A stretch of DNA of 64,000 bases from Octopus bimaculoides (GCF_001194135.2 NC_068982.1:10968617-11032616); one strand, 5' to 3'. Positions 24,118 through 37,267 are shown, counted from the stretch's first letter. The notes: generated by a model from the letters alone, not told the origin. Translations and numbers: made by a program.

Positions 24118-25330
24118 TTGGCAAGTACTGACCACACTTTAGCCGCTGGTGACATGTCTGATGTCTTCCACAGATATGATACAATTGATGTTTTCGGTTG
24201 CATCCTGGGACCCCAAGTGCTACCCTGTTTCTTTTGCTACTAAGATATTTACTTGAAATCATTTTCTCTTGGATTCCCAAAGCATGGCCTTCGAAATGTG
24301 ATGTGACGTAGAGGTCATGAGTTCAAAAATGGTTGTGTTTTGTATCGATATTAGCGTCATCTTGAAGTGTTCGAGGGAAACATACCCATGAATGATCTTT
24401 TGATGGTATGCTGAGCGTTTCACATCTAGGCATCCTTTGAGATTATTCCAGCTATTTTGGAGTTGTGTGGGAGGTCGTCTGGAACAGTGTGCTTCCTGAG
24501 GAGCTCATTGCCGATACGTAGGGTGTTGTTTTCTACTTTTCAACAACAGGTTTCTACATTTTCGCTGTATGGGATATACTATACTACATTGAAGATCGTC
24601 TGCACTGATCTCAAGCATCTACCTCATTCATCTCTTCTCAGGTAGAGCCTGTCAATATTACTGCTTCTGTGAAAATTTCAAGTTGATGTCAGGGTCTTGC
24701 GTGTTCGAATACCTATGAAATGAATTTCCTCTACAGACCAGCCAAGTAATCCAAATATTAGTATCAGCACTGGTACTGCGAATGCATTGGGCGATATTGT
24801 CTAGCAAGGGCAGAATTCCAAAATTCTACTCTTACCTTTTCCTTTTTTTTATCATCTGGTGTAATATTTCCGGGTCACTCTATCTTTATTCACAGCACCT
24901 TCTTATCATATTATTTTTAATGCTTTCATATCATATGTTATTATCAATGCCTATGAATCATTGCATACTTTATGTGAAAGAGGAGAAATAGCGAAATCAC
25001 TGATGTACAGGCTTGAGATTGGGCCACTGATCTTCAGCGATCACTAATCAAATGCGAAAGTTTCTTTGGGCCAAATTTCATTCTTATGTCTGAAAATGTC
25101 GTTATTAAGTCCAGCTGTAAGAAGACTACTCACATTGTCTTAAATAGCTTAAAGGTGCCGTAGTTCCGTTTGTTTCAGTATCATCGCTGGTATTCTTCTT
25201 CGCAATTTCAGCCATGATCGTTCCAGCGAGATTCAGTGTGGTCTCAGATATCTTTTGTGATCTTGTTTGAATAACGCTGCTTTGGTAAATAAAAAGTGCT
25301 TCGCGTATATAACAAGAGAAATAAACTAGC
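24118..25330 (-). pseudogene. Internal remnant of an R4/Dong-clade non-LTR retrotransposon (RT C-terminus/thumb to CCHC), many stops and frameshifts
   Basis: Minus strand gives NAFAVPVLILIFGLLGWSVEEIHFIGIRTRKTLTST*NFHRSSNIDRLYLRRDE*GRCL, then HQKIIHGY, TSHFEGHA, IQEKMISSKYL and SVEDIRHVTSG...QYLP. These motifs are typical of R4-clade ORFs. Confidence 0.8.
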
Positions 25331-26224
25331 TACTGATTTAGGCGGAGAGTCAGAATACTTACAGGAGAAAACGTTCAAAAAGGTGTCTTCTTTGAAAGGT
25401 GCCATGCTTTTATGTATGTACGCATGTATGTATGTGTGCATGTATGTACGTGTGTTTATAACACTCATTTAATGATGGGTATCGAAGCGAACACTGCTAT
25501 AAATATCAGATGGTGATATATTGTACCATAAATCCAGTTGAGAATAGGAGATAATTTCAAGAATCGTGAATGCTCCTAAATTATCTTGACATTACTGTAA
25601 AGACAGCTAGATTGTTTGGAAACAAGGAGGGGGATGTGGACAGATTTTTCTACCTTGTTTTCAGCAGACAAAACACTTTAACGTAGAAAGAAGAGTAGAA
25701 CACATTTATACACTCAGTAATTTCCATACATGAAATGAAAATGTAGTGAAAAAACTAACTCAGAGTGGCCAGTGGCATATATTTGAACAACAAAAGCGTA
25801 TTTTTAATAGCACACAGCATAAATTCTTGAATTATTTATCAATTTCTTCTTTCATATATATATATATTAAAGAGATAGATAGATAGATAATGTTGTGAGT
25901 GAGCATATGTTTATGCATGCATGCATCGATGTATGTGTATAGATCTAGTTAATTTTTTGAAGTTGTAACTACATTTCTTTGCAGTTCAAAGTTGTCTATG
26001 TTTTTCTATCGCCTGGAGATAAGCTCTGCTTTGATATGAGGAATATATATCTGTAATTTTTATGCCTATTTTTTAAATTCTCATGCCCTCTGGTGTGTCT
26101 CTTTCTCATATTCTTATCGCCAAATCGCCACAAGTGTGACATTAATTAATTATTCCGCTAGACATATAAACAATGAGTTCTTTGGTCGAAAGAGAATTCG
26201 AATGAGACATACTGTAGTTATGAA

Positions 26225-26382
26225 TAGAAACATGACTGTGTACTAAAGAGGTTTGCTTGGCAGCTACATGATTCCAGATTTGGTATCCTTGCGCGGCACA
26301 CTGATCAAAAACTTTCTACTTTAGCCTCGCATGGACCAAAACTTTGTAATTAACATTTAATAAGCGTAAACTATGCGGAAGC
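26225..26382 (+). mobile_element. Old degenerate SINE family A 5' half
   Basis: gtttgcttggcagctacatgattccag...gcgcggcacactgatcaaaaactttctactttagcctcgcatggaccaaaactttg resembles the family A head and CORE region. Confidence 0.5.
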
Positions 26383-27164
26383 CTGTTGGACTATTCCTCC
26401 TCCGGATCACTGATCTCATCGACTGCCTCGTTCAACACTAACCAACTGGCTCTTAGTAGACTTACGCAAAGTTTACTCCGTTTCATGTATTGCAGCTACG
26501 TTTCCGAACTGACGATAACTACATCACTCTTCCTCGCAGACTCTAAAAGGGCTTTTATGCGCTGGCTTTCTTCCAATTACTAACCCATTTAACCCTCCTT
26601 TGATTAATACATTTAAAAAATATAGCTTAAAACTTTCTGTTGACATACTCGAACATATTCAAATTGCAAAGTCATTTTAGAGTAACTCTCAGTGTATATC
26701 ATCATATTCATAGCAAAATATGAATAATTATTCCACGAACTTTTGGTATAAAATGAATTATCATTTTTGTTTTGTTTTTTTTTTCCATATTTGTGCCTTT
26801 TCTGATCAGAGAAGCATTTGAACAGTGCATCCAGATTAGTCATAATATCTGTTATAGCGTTTTATAAAGGCATAAACGATAAAAAGAAAGATTCGGTTTG
26901 CCCAGTCCTTCAACTCAATATATACATGATATACATGATACACAACCATGAAGAAAGTTTCGCACCAGACTGAGCATCGAAGTACAGTTAGCGTGATCTC
27001 ACTGTGTATTATACGTCGAAAAACTCAACTATTTCTAATTGACTTCAAAATACTTTTACAATGCATACAAATTTTAATCTCACTCCGATCAATGTAGGTG
27101 TTTTGGTCTTTTTTTTTTTTACACTTTGTCACTTACCACTACGAGTTGAGTGTATCACTTTTAG

Positions 27165-27428
27165 AATGGTTTTAAAATTCGTACGTTAGATGCAACCAGT
27201 CTGGAGAGTGGTGAAGTAGTCTGCTGCATCAGGCTGCGTCGTCGTGTTTGGTTAAAGTACCTCAGTAACACTGAAGATGGAGAATACCCTGTAACATCAA
27301 TTCTGACAAGCAATATTGACGTTGTAAGGAAAAAGAGCGAAGTGGTAGTGTACGAAGGTGGCGTAACCCTTGTTACCTTCATTCGGCAACTGATGAAAGA
27401 AATGTCCCGCAGCGCAAACTTTATGTAA
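27165..27428 (+). CDS. Probable terminal coding exon of an unidentified host gene (87 aa: NGFKIRTLDATSLESGEVVCCIRLRRRVWLKYLSNTEDGEYPVTSILTSNIDVVRKKSEVVVYEGGVTLVTFIRQLMKEMSRSANFM*)
   Basis: Pyrimidine-rich acceptor ...cacttttag| with an in-frame TAG just upstream. The 264-nt frame is stop-free to TAA at 27426-27428, while the other two + frames stop within 8 codons. GC is elevated, composition is balanced, and the antisense frame is also open. The protein family is not recognised. Confidence 0.55.
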   Translation, partial: NGFKIRTLDATSLESGEVVCCIRLRRRVWLKYLSNTEDGEYPVTSILTSNIDVVRKKSEVVVYEGGVTLVTFIRQLMKEMSRSANFM

Positions 27429-29329
27429 AATGTGTATGTGTATGTATGTGTGTATGTATACATACATGCATATATACATATATATCTATATATACATATA
27501 TATATATATATATATANNNNNNNNNNNNNNNNNNNNNNNNNNNNNNNNNNNNNNNNNNNNNNNNNNNNNNNNNNNNNNNNNNNNNNNNNNNNNNNNNNNN
27601 NNNNNNNNNNNNNNNNNNNNNNNNNNNNNNNNNNNNNNNNNNNNNNNNNNNNNNNNNNNNNNNNNNNNNNNNNNNNNNNNNNNNNNTATATATATATATG
27701 CAGGTATAATATGTAATATACATATGTAAGTGTGTGTGTGAGAGAGCGTGCAGATGTATACTTTCATGTTGGAATGGGAACTGATGATATTGGCATTAAT
27801 AGATTTTTCTTTTTATCTATCTTTATGTAATTGCATGATCTGAAAAACCAATATGATTCATCGTAATCCCCTCTCACATGAATTTAGCAAGATCAAATGA
27901 TAGCAATTTGTTAGATTAACACTACAGCAGCACCCTATACGTACAGAGAAAATTATTCTAAATTGAATCGTAAGAAAACGCGAATAGGTATATATTTCTA
28001 AATGGAAGAACTAGAGATATATTCATGCTTCTGTCAAGTAATAAAATATATGAAAGAGAAATACGAAAGTAGTGACGAGGAACAAAACATCCCAGGAAGA
28101 TTTCAATAGAATTTCTTCCATTCCTCAGAATGTTTTTACTCAGGTTTTATGAAATTATTTTCTCTTGACATCAAAGCTTTTTATATTGATTATTTTTCTA
28201 CACGTAAATTAGATGTGCTACCGCTTTAGAAGAAATTAGTATGTATTTTATTGATGCAAATTTTTTTTAACATGCCAATGCATTTATGCGAAATACTCAC
28301 TTCCAAAAGTAAAAGAAACAGGTTTCAAATAAATGCACGTGCAATTATTTTACACTGAAAGAACGAAACATACGTTTCCAGTGCTCGTTCAACAATGTTG
28401 GTGGTTTTATTAAATTTGTCTCAAAGTATTTTTACAAGTATTTTAACAACTATTCTAACGTCAAATAAACAGCCTAATGATATTAATTTAAAATTATTTA
28501 TTTCAGCGAACAGTAAATAACATCCTTAAAGTTTATAAGTGAGACCAATATAGAAACTCACAAAATAACTTTCTTTATGTTGCACAGTATAAATGAGAAA
28601 AAAATTTACAAATATTAAAATGCGAAAACATATTTTCCTTTACATTTATTCCAAATTCATATCGACGAGACACTTTTCCTGAGAAAAATATGTGGCATGT
28701 TCTATAACTTTAGTACGCTTCGACTGTATATGTGTAAAGCAATAGTTTGATAATAGAAAATAGATTGGATTGCTTTCAATGTGAAGTTCATGTAACAACG
28801 ATAAAACTGGGTTTTATTGCATGTAAATTGTATAGCTTTATCGGAGGAAATTTGGAGACATCGGAAAAATGGTATTAAACAATTTTTAGTAAGATCTTAT
28901 TTGTTATTGTCTGTGAATATGATTCATGGTAACTACGAGTGACATTATAAACTTTAGAAGAGTTCGGAGGCTTCTCAAGTTACTTTCGATATATTTATAT
29001 TTGAAAACATGAAATAGAAAGCCCTGAAGAGCAATATGTAACTTCTATTCAATAGTCATTTCTTGTATCAGTTCACTTAAAGCAAGCATAAATGTCAAAA
29101 AATGATCGCATGTAATTTTCAGATATGTATGTGTGTACGTATGTATTTGTTTATGTGTATGTGTGCGTGGATATATTGGATATACAGAAATATAGATGCA
29201 TAATATATAGAAAAATACATACACACACGCACGCACAGACGCAGACACACACATATGTATATAAACATATATACATACATGCACATATAAATTATATAAA
29301 TGTGATTTTACGGGTATATGTATGTATCT

Positions 29330-29420
29330 AAGTATGTAAATATATGCACATATAAACATATATATGTTTGTATCTAAGTATTTAAATATATGCATATATA
29401 AACATATATATGTATATATG

Positions 29421-29497
<77 letters not shown>

Positions 29498-29640
29498 TTA
29501 TATATATATGTATATATAATGTGTGCATGTACATATAATATATATAATATATATGTATATATTATATATATACCATGTGTTGGTGTGTGGGTGTGTATGC
29601 ATATATGAATATATGAATGTTTGTATGCTTGTATATATAG
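29330..29640. repeat. (TA)n and TA/TG-rich low-complexity array
   Basis: Direct reading. Confidence 0.9.
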
Positions 29641-29860
29641 TTCACATATAATTCTGATGCCCCCAGACGAGAAAAGGAATTCAGGGTTTTTTTTTAAACC
29701 AATACAAAATATATTTTGCTTTTTTGAACATCTGTTTCTTATGTTTTAGCTTGCCATTTCCGATGCGTTGAAAGATATTGCTTATATCTTTAATATATTA
29801 CGTAGCAAATATATGTGACAGAGAAATCTTTATTGACGCTGTTGAAACTTCCTACTGCAT

Positions 29861-30075
29861 ATTCTTTCCTACTCTAGGAACAAGGCCCGAAATCTTGGGG
29901 CAAGGGGTCAGTCGATTAAATCAGCTTCAGTACGCAACTGGTACTTAATTTATCGACCCCGAAAGGATGAAAAGCAAAGTCGACCTCGGCAGAATTTGAA
30001 CTCAGAACGTAAAGACAGACGGAATAGTGCTAAGCATTTCGCCCGGCGTGCGAACGTTTCTACCACCTCGCCACC
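29861..30075 (-). mobile_element. SINE family B, full length
   Basis: Colinear with 54533-54744. Confidence 0.9.
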
Positions 30076-30164
30076 TTTTCCTGCTCCGTATTATACCTCA
30101 AGCAATGGTAATTAATAACGTACTTTTTTAATGAAATCTACATCTTTATTCCAATTATTCGGTG

Positions 30165-30355
30165 GCTAGCAGGAAGAATCGCCAAAAGCCAGGTGAAAAG
30201 CTTAGCTTATTTTTTTCTGAGTTCAAATGACGATGTGGTTGACTTAGCCTTTCGTCCTTTCGGGATTGATGGTATAAGTACCAGCTGAGCACTGGGTCGA
30301 TGTAATCTATTTCCCCCTCTCCGAAAATTGCTGGCTGTGCCAAAATTCGAAACCA
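30165..30355 (+). mobile_element. SINE family B-related older copy
   Basis: ctgagttcaaat...gttgacttagcctttcgtcctttcgggattgatggtataagtaccagctgagcactgggtcgatgtaatc. Confidence 0.8.
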
Positions 30356-33300
30356 TTATAATTACGTTAATGAACGAGATAGATTGAACACATTTTCTAT
30401 AGTGAAATTCATTCTCGTGATTTATTCCAAGATCTCTTTCCTATGTAAGCATTTATTTACTTGTCTTTAATAACACATATAAAAAAAAGTCCCTGTTGTC
30501 TGATTTCAATTTATAAATTTGGTACGGTTTCTTGTTCATATGCGATAAGTTTAAAGCAAACAATATCTAAATAAATGATTTTTAATGTCGAACAATAAAG
30601 GCAAAAATTCACAATATCTATTGTGAAGTATCTAAATCTCTTCAAAATAAATCTTCTATATTTAGAAGTGTTTCAGATATTCGACTGTAAGTATGCCTTT
30701 TTGAAAGTCGTTTTTATATTCAAAATGTTATGCGATAGTAAACCAAGTTTCTAGTCATTGAATTTCTAACACTAGTATAATGAAACATAGATAACTACAA
30801 CTGACATATCCGTAATAATAACATTGGGATATGATATAAATGTTTATTTTAGTCATGGCTTTTGGTACTCTAAAAGGGAATTTCTTTCTAACTAATTCGG
30901 CTCAAGGTATTATTTGCTAAGTTAAAATTTAATTTACAGATCTTGTCGTCTTAAATTTATTCAGAAATTCGTCTTGCTTCAAACAGACAAAAATTGCATT
31001 TCATTTTAGTTCTAAACTAAATATGAGCCTTACATTTGAACGTTGTTGTAATATCCAACCCTGAGCCGTAACTATATCATCCATCATTTTTAGATTGTTG
31101 TATAAAACGCAAAAATTAAATTAAATTCTATAATGTGAGAATGAATGGAATATAATGGAAACGGGGAAATTTTCAAGTATAAAATTATTTCTGACAAGTT
31201 ATTAGTTCAAAATCTTAAAGTAAAAAATGCTTAATTACCTCTTTTGCGTTGAACATAATAATCATCGACAACCTATCAATTGAATTTTTGCATGCTTAGA
31301 AAAGTATTAAATATATCTTCTTTACGACTATAAAACTCTGCACTTCGTATTTTTCGCTTTACATTATATATACTTGGATCAGCTTCTCAATATTGATTAG
31401 ATGCATAAACAATGTGCATCATACGTATATTGAATAAGATATTATATTGTGTGATGCCCATGCCTTTCTCTGGAGCAAAATGTCTCATCTGATTAATGGC
31501 GTGACGATCATATTTTGTGTCAGGCTTTGTCGATAGGTGAGAGTGTGTGTGAAGAAATGAACAAAGACTTTGAATGGAGAATCGCTAGTGTTTTGAAAGC
31601 GAAATAAATCAAACTTCAACCAAAAACATAGCAACTTTCATTGATAGCGCCACTGCCGCCACTGCTGGACAGACATGTAACGACATCTTGAAACATGTAG
31701 CAGATATAATTCCTTCCCTAATACGAAGAATTCTTCATAAACCTAGATGAAATCTGCATTACTAGCATATGAATATTTTTGCTTTCTCTACTAGTGCGTC
31801 TTTGGACAATTATCTGTAACTCTAGATTAGATCTGTTGCGATGTCGATGTTTGTCAATTAGAAAATGTTTATAACTCCTGTCGTTTTAATTATACTGGAG
31901 AGATTTAATGATTGCTACTCATTTGTTGTCATTCCGCTTGAAACTTTTGCTTGAAGTGGTACTAAATTAGAGATAATGTCTTTTGTTTCATTTCAGTTAT
32001 TTTTCTTTGGCATCGCCCGTTGCTTTTATGCGATATTTCTGTGTCAGCAATTGCACAAATTTAAATATTTATGACACATCGGTTAACTATTTCCGCTCAT
32101 TCAAGATTTTAAAAGAAATTTCAGTCTGCTGATTTTATACAGAATTTTGTTCCTGTCAGGATGGTGATCACGTAGTCGGACAAAGAACTAGCACTTGTTT
32201 CAATAGTGACAAATCTTTGGTAGCGGGGATCGAGTTTCTTTTCGTTTATTTCATGTCTAAAATATTTTCATTTCATATAACGACACTACCTTAATTTTGT
32301 TTAATCTGGCATTTCTCATCTCCCTCTTGAGAGAACATTTTGAATTCAGTCTGCTAAGACCTGTCTAGATATTACTTGTCCTTAAGTTGGGACATTTGAC
32401 AGCGAATTTGAAACTTTAGAATTATGGAATAACAGGTAATATTTCAATCTAAATTTTATGACATTATAATCACTGATTAAAATTTGCACTGACGGAAGTC
32501 ATATGTTTGCCGTTTCTCCGTAATCGTGTTACTGATGACACAACATAAATTATGAGAGAGTCCGGTCTTATTTTGAGACTGTTAGCTGTAAGTTTATTTT
32601 ATCAGTAGCTGTCTTACATATGAACGTCGGATTACGTTTTCCGTCGCCAGTAAATATATTTTAATGGCATTCGTTTCCAAAGAATCTTAAACCTGAAATT
32701 ATTTTTTCCTTCTTTTACTTGCTTACGTATATAGTATATAACTTAATAAACATTCATGTTTTATTTATGATATTCGTTTTAGATAAAATGCAAGAAATCG
32801 AGACTAAATTACGTTCAGTTTTTAGTTTCGTCTCCGTACTTTCAAGACAATATGTCTGATGTTTGAAACAGAAAAACAATGTTTGTGTAGTGAGTGATGA
32901 GATGTAGATTGATGTTTAGTGTAGTCTCTTTACTACCTAAGCTTATTTTCTAATTTTTCTCCTGAAGCGCCAACAAACACCGATTTTACTTTTATTTTTA
33001 CAATCTGATTTATACCAGATCCTGGAAATAAACATGTCTTTATAACTCCTAGCGTAGTTTTCGTATTGAATTCCATATTGTTTCAATTTGAAGCAGTAAG
33101 TAATACCATCGTACATTTTGATATACGTTATTATATTTCTTATCATATATCATTGTTTTTATTTTGCATTTTACATTTATTAACTCCAGTAGTGGTTTTC
33201 CAACAAATAGCTTGTTTTTCAATAAACATAAACTATATGCTTGTATATATTCTAACAGCGTGGGGTTTGATTGATCTTGCGCCCACTATTATTCTGGATT

Positions 33301-34669
33301 CTTTAAATATATCAGCGCACTCGTATGTTTGTCTATTGATTCAGTCTTTCATGCAAATTTGGCTTGTGGGTTTGCATCAGTTTCTATTTGATGTAATTCA
33401 TTATGTTCACAGACTATTCTTCCATTAGATTTTCTTTCATGTTATGTAGGCTTTTATGTATATTCTGAATTAGATGATGAAATTTTCTGTTTATATGTTG
33501 CTGATATAAATTTAAGCTTTTTTTTTTAACATATAAAGTAGAAACCAATATTCTCTTTTGACTAATATGTACTGCCTTGGATTTTACTGTCTACCTTTTA
33601 ATATCAGGACTATACAGTTCTCTTATCGAAAGATAAAACGAACGAATAGTATATATAAAGAAAATCAGACATTACAAATGAAATGTTTATAAAGAAAATC
33701 ATGAATTACAAATTAAAAGTGAATAAATACAATTACACATCGCAAATAGTTGGATATTAAATGCATCAACACTGATTAGTAAGACTTTGATGCACACATT
33801 TAGAAGTTATTTTCATGAAACTAAACTGTTATATTATAAACTTTCATGTCGACTACAGTACTTACAATTATGACTGCAACGTTAACTGTCCTATATCTAC
33901 TGGAAAACCTTACAAAGAGACTACTGTACATATTATTAGATAAAAAATGCACTCACATTCTAGCTATTTCATTTGGATATCAACCTACTATTATCTCGTG
34001 GAATATAGTTACCATTCTGTATACTTTATTCAATATTTTATTTTATAGATTTATGTCTTATTAAATGTCATATATTATTATTTCGTTTTTCACATAATTT
34101 GAATATATTATCCAAGCATTTATATTAGAAAATATACAGTAAATTAATACAAACACTCTTCTAATTTGAAATGAGAGTTAAATAGCAAACACTGTCATAC
34201 CATTGGCATACATCACTTCTAATACTTTCGCTAACTTACAAGTGCCCTATATAAACTTGTTAGTAGTTTAGATAATAATGAGGTTATAAAATTAGTTTTG
34301 AGAACCCAAATGGTACAATAGTTACCTCTTAAGATATCTACGATTGTTTAATAAATAGTACCTTTTCTCTTTTCCCTTCTTTTGCAATTTTTTCTCCCCC
34401 CCCCCTCTCTCACTCTTTACTTCTTCCAATGTAATATTTTATCCTTGGGATTACATTCTATCCGTGAAACAGCTCTGCTTATAACATTGGAATATTATTC
34501 TTTTGACACTCTCCTATTATTGGACATTTTGTTGTATATTTTATATATTAATGTGACGATAGTTTTACCAATCATAGAACGGTTCATTCGTTCAAAGCCA
34601 TGGGTAAAAATCAGCGAAAAATTCCTTACCACTCTTCAAACTTTATTAGTAAAACATCACCTATAATAT

Positions 34670-34800
34670 AGTTCTATATTTAAGAGATTAGGAATTATGT
34701 ACATTATTTACATTATTTACATTTGCCGGTTATTTGTCCTCATCTTGTTTGTTGTTAACACAAAGTTTCGGCTGATGAGAACCTGGGTTCTCATTCCTAA
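34670..34800 (-). mobile_element. Internally deleted, 5'-truncated copy of the hammerhead-bearing SINE-like family at 716-1190
   Basis: Shares gttctatatttaagagat.aggaatta, ttatttacattatttacattt, tttgtcctcatcttgtttgttgttaacac, gtttcggctgat and gaacctgggttctcattcctaa. About 38 nt including the CUGACGA half are missing. Confidence 0.85.
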
Positions 34801-34805
34801 AGTAT

Positions 34806-34885
34806 TTTCCTACACGTGGTAGTAGATGCTGCCCTCTGAAAGTAATTTCCTAGACGTGGTAGTAGATGCCGTCCTCTGCAAGTAA
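34806..34885 (+). repeat. 40-bp tandem duplication
   Basis: tttcctacacgtggtagtagatgctgccctctgaaagtaa followed by tttcctagacgtggtagtagatgccgtcctctgcaagtaa. Confidence 0.9.
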
Positions 34886-35880
34886 TGAGTTGCCATGATT
34901 GTAAACGCGCACAGACACTTGTAACGGTTCTAATATTCTACTGGACTTTGTAATAATTATAAAAATTTAATTTAAAATGATGATACTATATTTTCACAAA
35001 TATTATATCCTTTACAAAACACTGACAGAATTATATGTAATTATCATTCTTGTAGAGGTTGTATGAAGATATCGTTAACTTTCAGTCTAACGACTTTTTC
35101 AATTTCACGTTCAGTCTTAAGCAACATAAGATAGATCATTACTTCCAGTCTGTTCCTATTTTAAAACTTTTATTCTCGCTCACTTTCTTTGTTTGCCACT
35201 TCGAGCTGAGTAGATAGACGTCTCATCTTACCACTCATTTTTATTTAACTTTTCCTACAATCACTCTCTATTTGCTATTTGACAGCCTCCTCCATGCACA
35301 CTATTTCGTTTGCGTGACATTTAATACACATTGCCAATTACTATCTAAGGTAAACAACAGCTCAATATAGTCTAGAATGTTTCGTTCCGTGTACCGATTC
35401 AGTTGCTATGATTTGATTTCTAATGAAAAGCAAACGTTTTGTCTTTCTCAGTGATGCCAACTTAGAAATTTTACTGAGACAATTTTCTTTTTCAATTCAA
35501 TTTTCCAATTCATCATTTTACTTCCAACAATGTTTACTCATATACAAAAAAAAAACAAACAAGCATCTTTTCCTTTTCCTTGCTTTCAAATAATTGAAAA
35601 CATTCTCGTTATTATCTTCAGCTATCATTTTCTTCATCTTTACCTATCACCTATATAAAGAAGAGCGGGACATTTACACTGGTTAATATAATATTGAAAG
35701 TTATATTATATCTGAAAAAAAAACTATTTATTAAGAATGCATCACAATACAATCTAGAATGATTTTATAATGGTTTTTTTTAATCATTTGCATCCTTATC
35801 TTATTAAGTATACTCAGAATAAGAACGATTAAATTAAAACGTTTTTGCTAATGAACCAATACCATGTAATGGCTCTATTT

Positions 35881-36112
35881 CTTTTACTGTTTTATTCTTT
35901 TTTATTTCTTTGGGTTATTTGACAGCGGCTATGCTGGAGCACTGCCTTTAGTCGAACAAATCGACCCCAGGACTTATTCTTTGTAAGCCTAGTACTTATT
36001 TTATCGGTCTGTTTTGCCGAACCCCTAAGTTACGGGGACGTGAACACACCAACATCGGTTGTCAAGCGATGGTGTGGGAGAGGGACAAACAGACACACAA
36101 ACATACACACGC
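35881..36112 (-). mobile_element. SINE family A 3' half
   Basis: gctggagcactgcctttagtcgaacaaatcgaccccaggacttattctttgtaagcctagtactt matches family A. Confidence 0.85.
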
Positions 36113-36296
36113 ATATATATATATATATATATATATATAAAGACTTTCTCTATTCCCGAGCGCTAAACTAATACATCCATCTGTTGTTTACACCACCTGT
36201 CTTCGCCTGTTGTTTTCTTCGTAAATTCTCCCATATATATNNNNNNNNNNNNNNNNNNNNNNNNNNNNNNNNNNNNNNNNNNNNNNNNNNNNNNNN

Positions 36297-37060
36297 ACAC
36301 CTGTTTCTGGGAAGATCCAGTACTTCCCTTCATCGGAGACAGAAATAGTAAAGGAATCGATTATTATATCCATAGGCGGAGAGTTATAGTATGAAGTGAG
36401 AGTGAGTGTGATGCGCTGAAAAAAGAAAGAAAGAGAGAACAGTACTTGGAGTGTAGTTTCATTCCAGTAGTAAGTATCCGTGTAAAGTAATCTTTGTGGG
36501 AATTTTCCGGAAATAGTTGCTGCAGCAAAGGCTGAGATAGCAGAGGTGTATATATGCCATATTGTGTCCGAGGTATATTGCTTGTGTTTACTTGAAGGAT
36601 GCCCAAGTCAAGTGAGAAATGTCCGTAGTGTAAGTAGGTCAAGTCTTGAAGACAGAATGGGAAGAGGATAGAAGAAGGATTGAGGTGGAGAATGGTAGTG
36701 GTATATTTTTATGGTCAGTTGATCTGACTGGATAGAGAGGATGAGTATAGTGAGGGAAGGAGGAAGGGGGGATGAGGTTAAATGGTTTAGTGAGGAGGAA
36801 GGAATGCGCAGAGGTAGTATATAGGTGGTGGGGGTATGGGTGACAAACTAAGGACAGTAATAAAGGAAAAGGGGAGTGAGATGGGTAGTTTGTAGTATCA
36901 TATTCTAAAAGATAGCTAAACCTATTTACAGACGGTGGAAATGGAATTGAAAGTAACCAAGTAGCCTGAATGTGGTGGTGATGTTAATGTCAAGTAGAGT
37001 GTAGAGGAAGTAGATTTGGGAATATATATATAGTGGTGATAGCATCGAAAAAGAACCTTG
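36297..37060 (-). mobile_element. PLE-like terminal fragment with a CCGAUGA-core hammerhead motif at 36297-36341
   Basis: Minus strand: UGUCU-CCGAUGA-A-GGGAAG-UACUGGAU-CUUCCC-A-GAA-ACAGGUGU, then an assembly gap. The upstream extent is approximate. Confidence 0.5.
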
Positions 37061-37122
37061 TACATATATATATATAAATATATAGATAGATAGATAGAAA
37101 GATAGATAGATAAATATATATA

Positions 37123-37208
37123 TGCCCAAGATGCCACGCAGTGGAACTGAATCCGGAGCGATGTGGTTGGTAAAACAAGCTACTTATCACACACACACTC
37201 CTGCGCCT
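37123..37208 (-). mobile_element. SINE family A 5' tRNA-like head only
   Basis: gcccaagatgccacgcagtggaactgaatccggagcgatgtggttggtaaaacaagctacttatcacac...ctcctgcgcc. Confidence 0.85.
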
Positions 37209-37267
37209 ATTTAAATAGAATTTTATTGCATCTTGTCTTTATTTAAATACAACAACAGAGAATATCG

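Noticed and set aside
31440-32250. Possible Helitron helicase or pogo transposase relic
   Set aside because: Only vague motif resemblance, and the spacing between putative motifs does not match.
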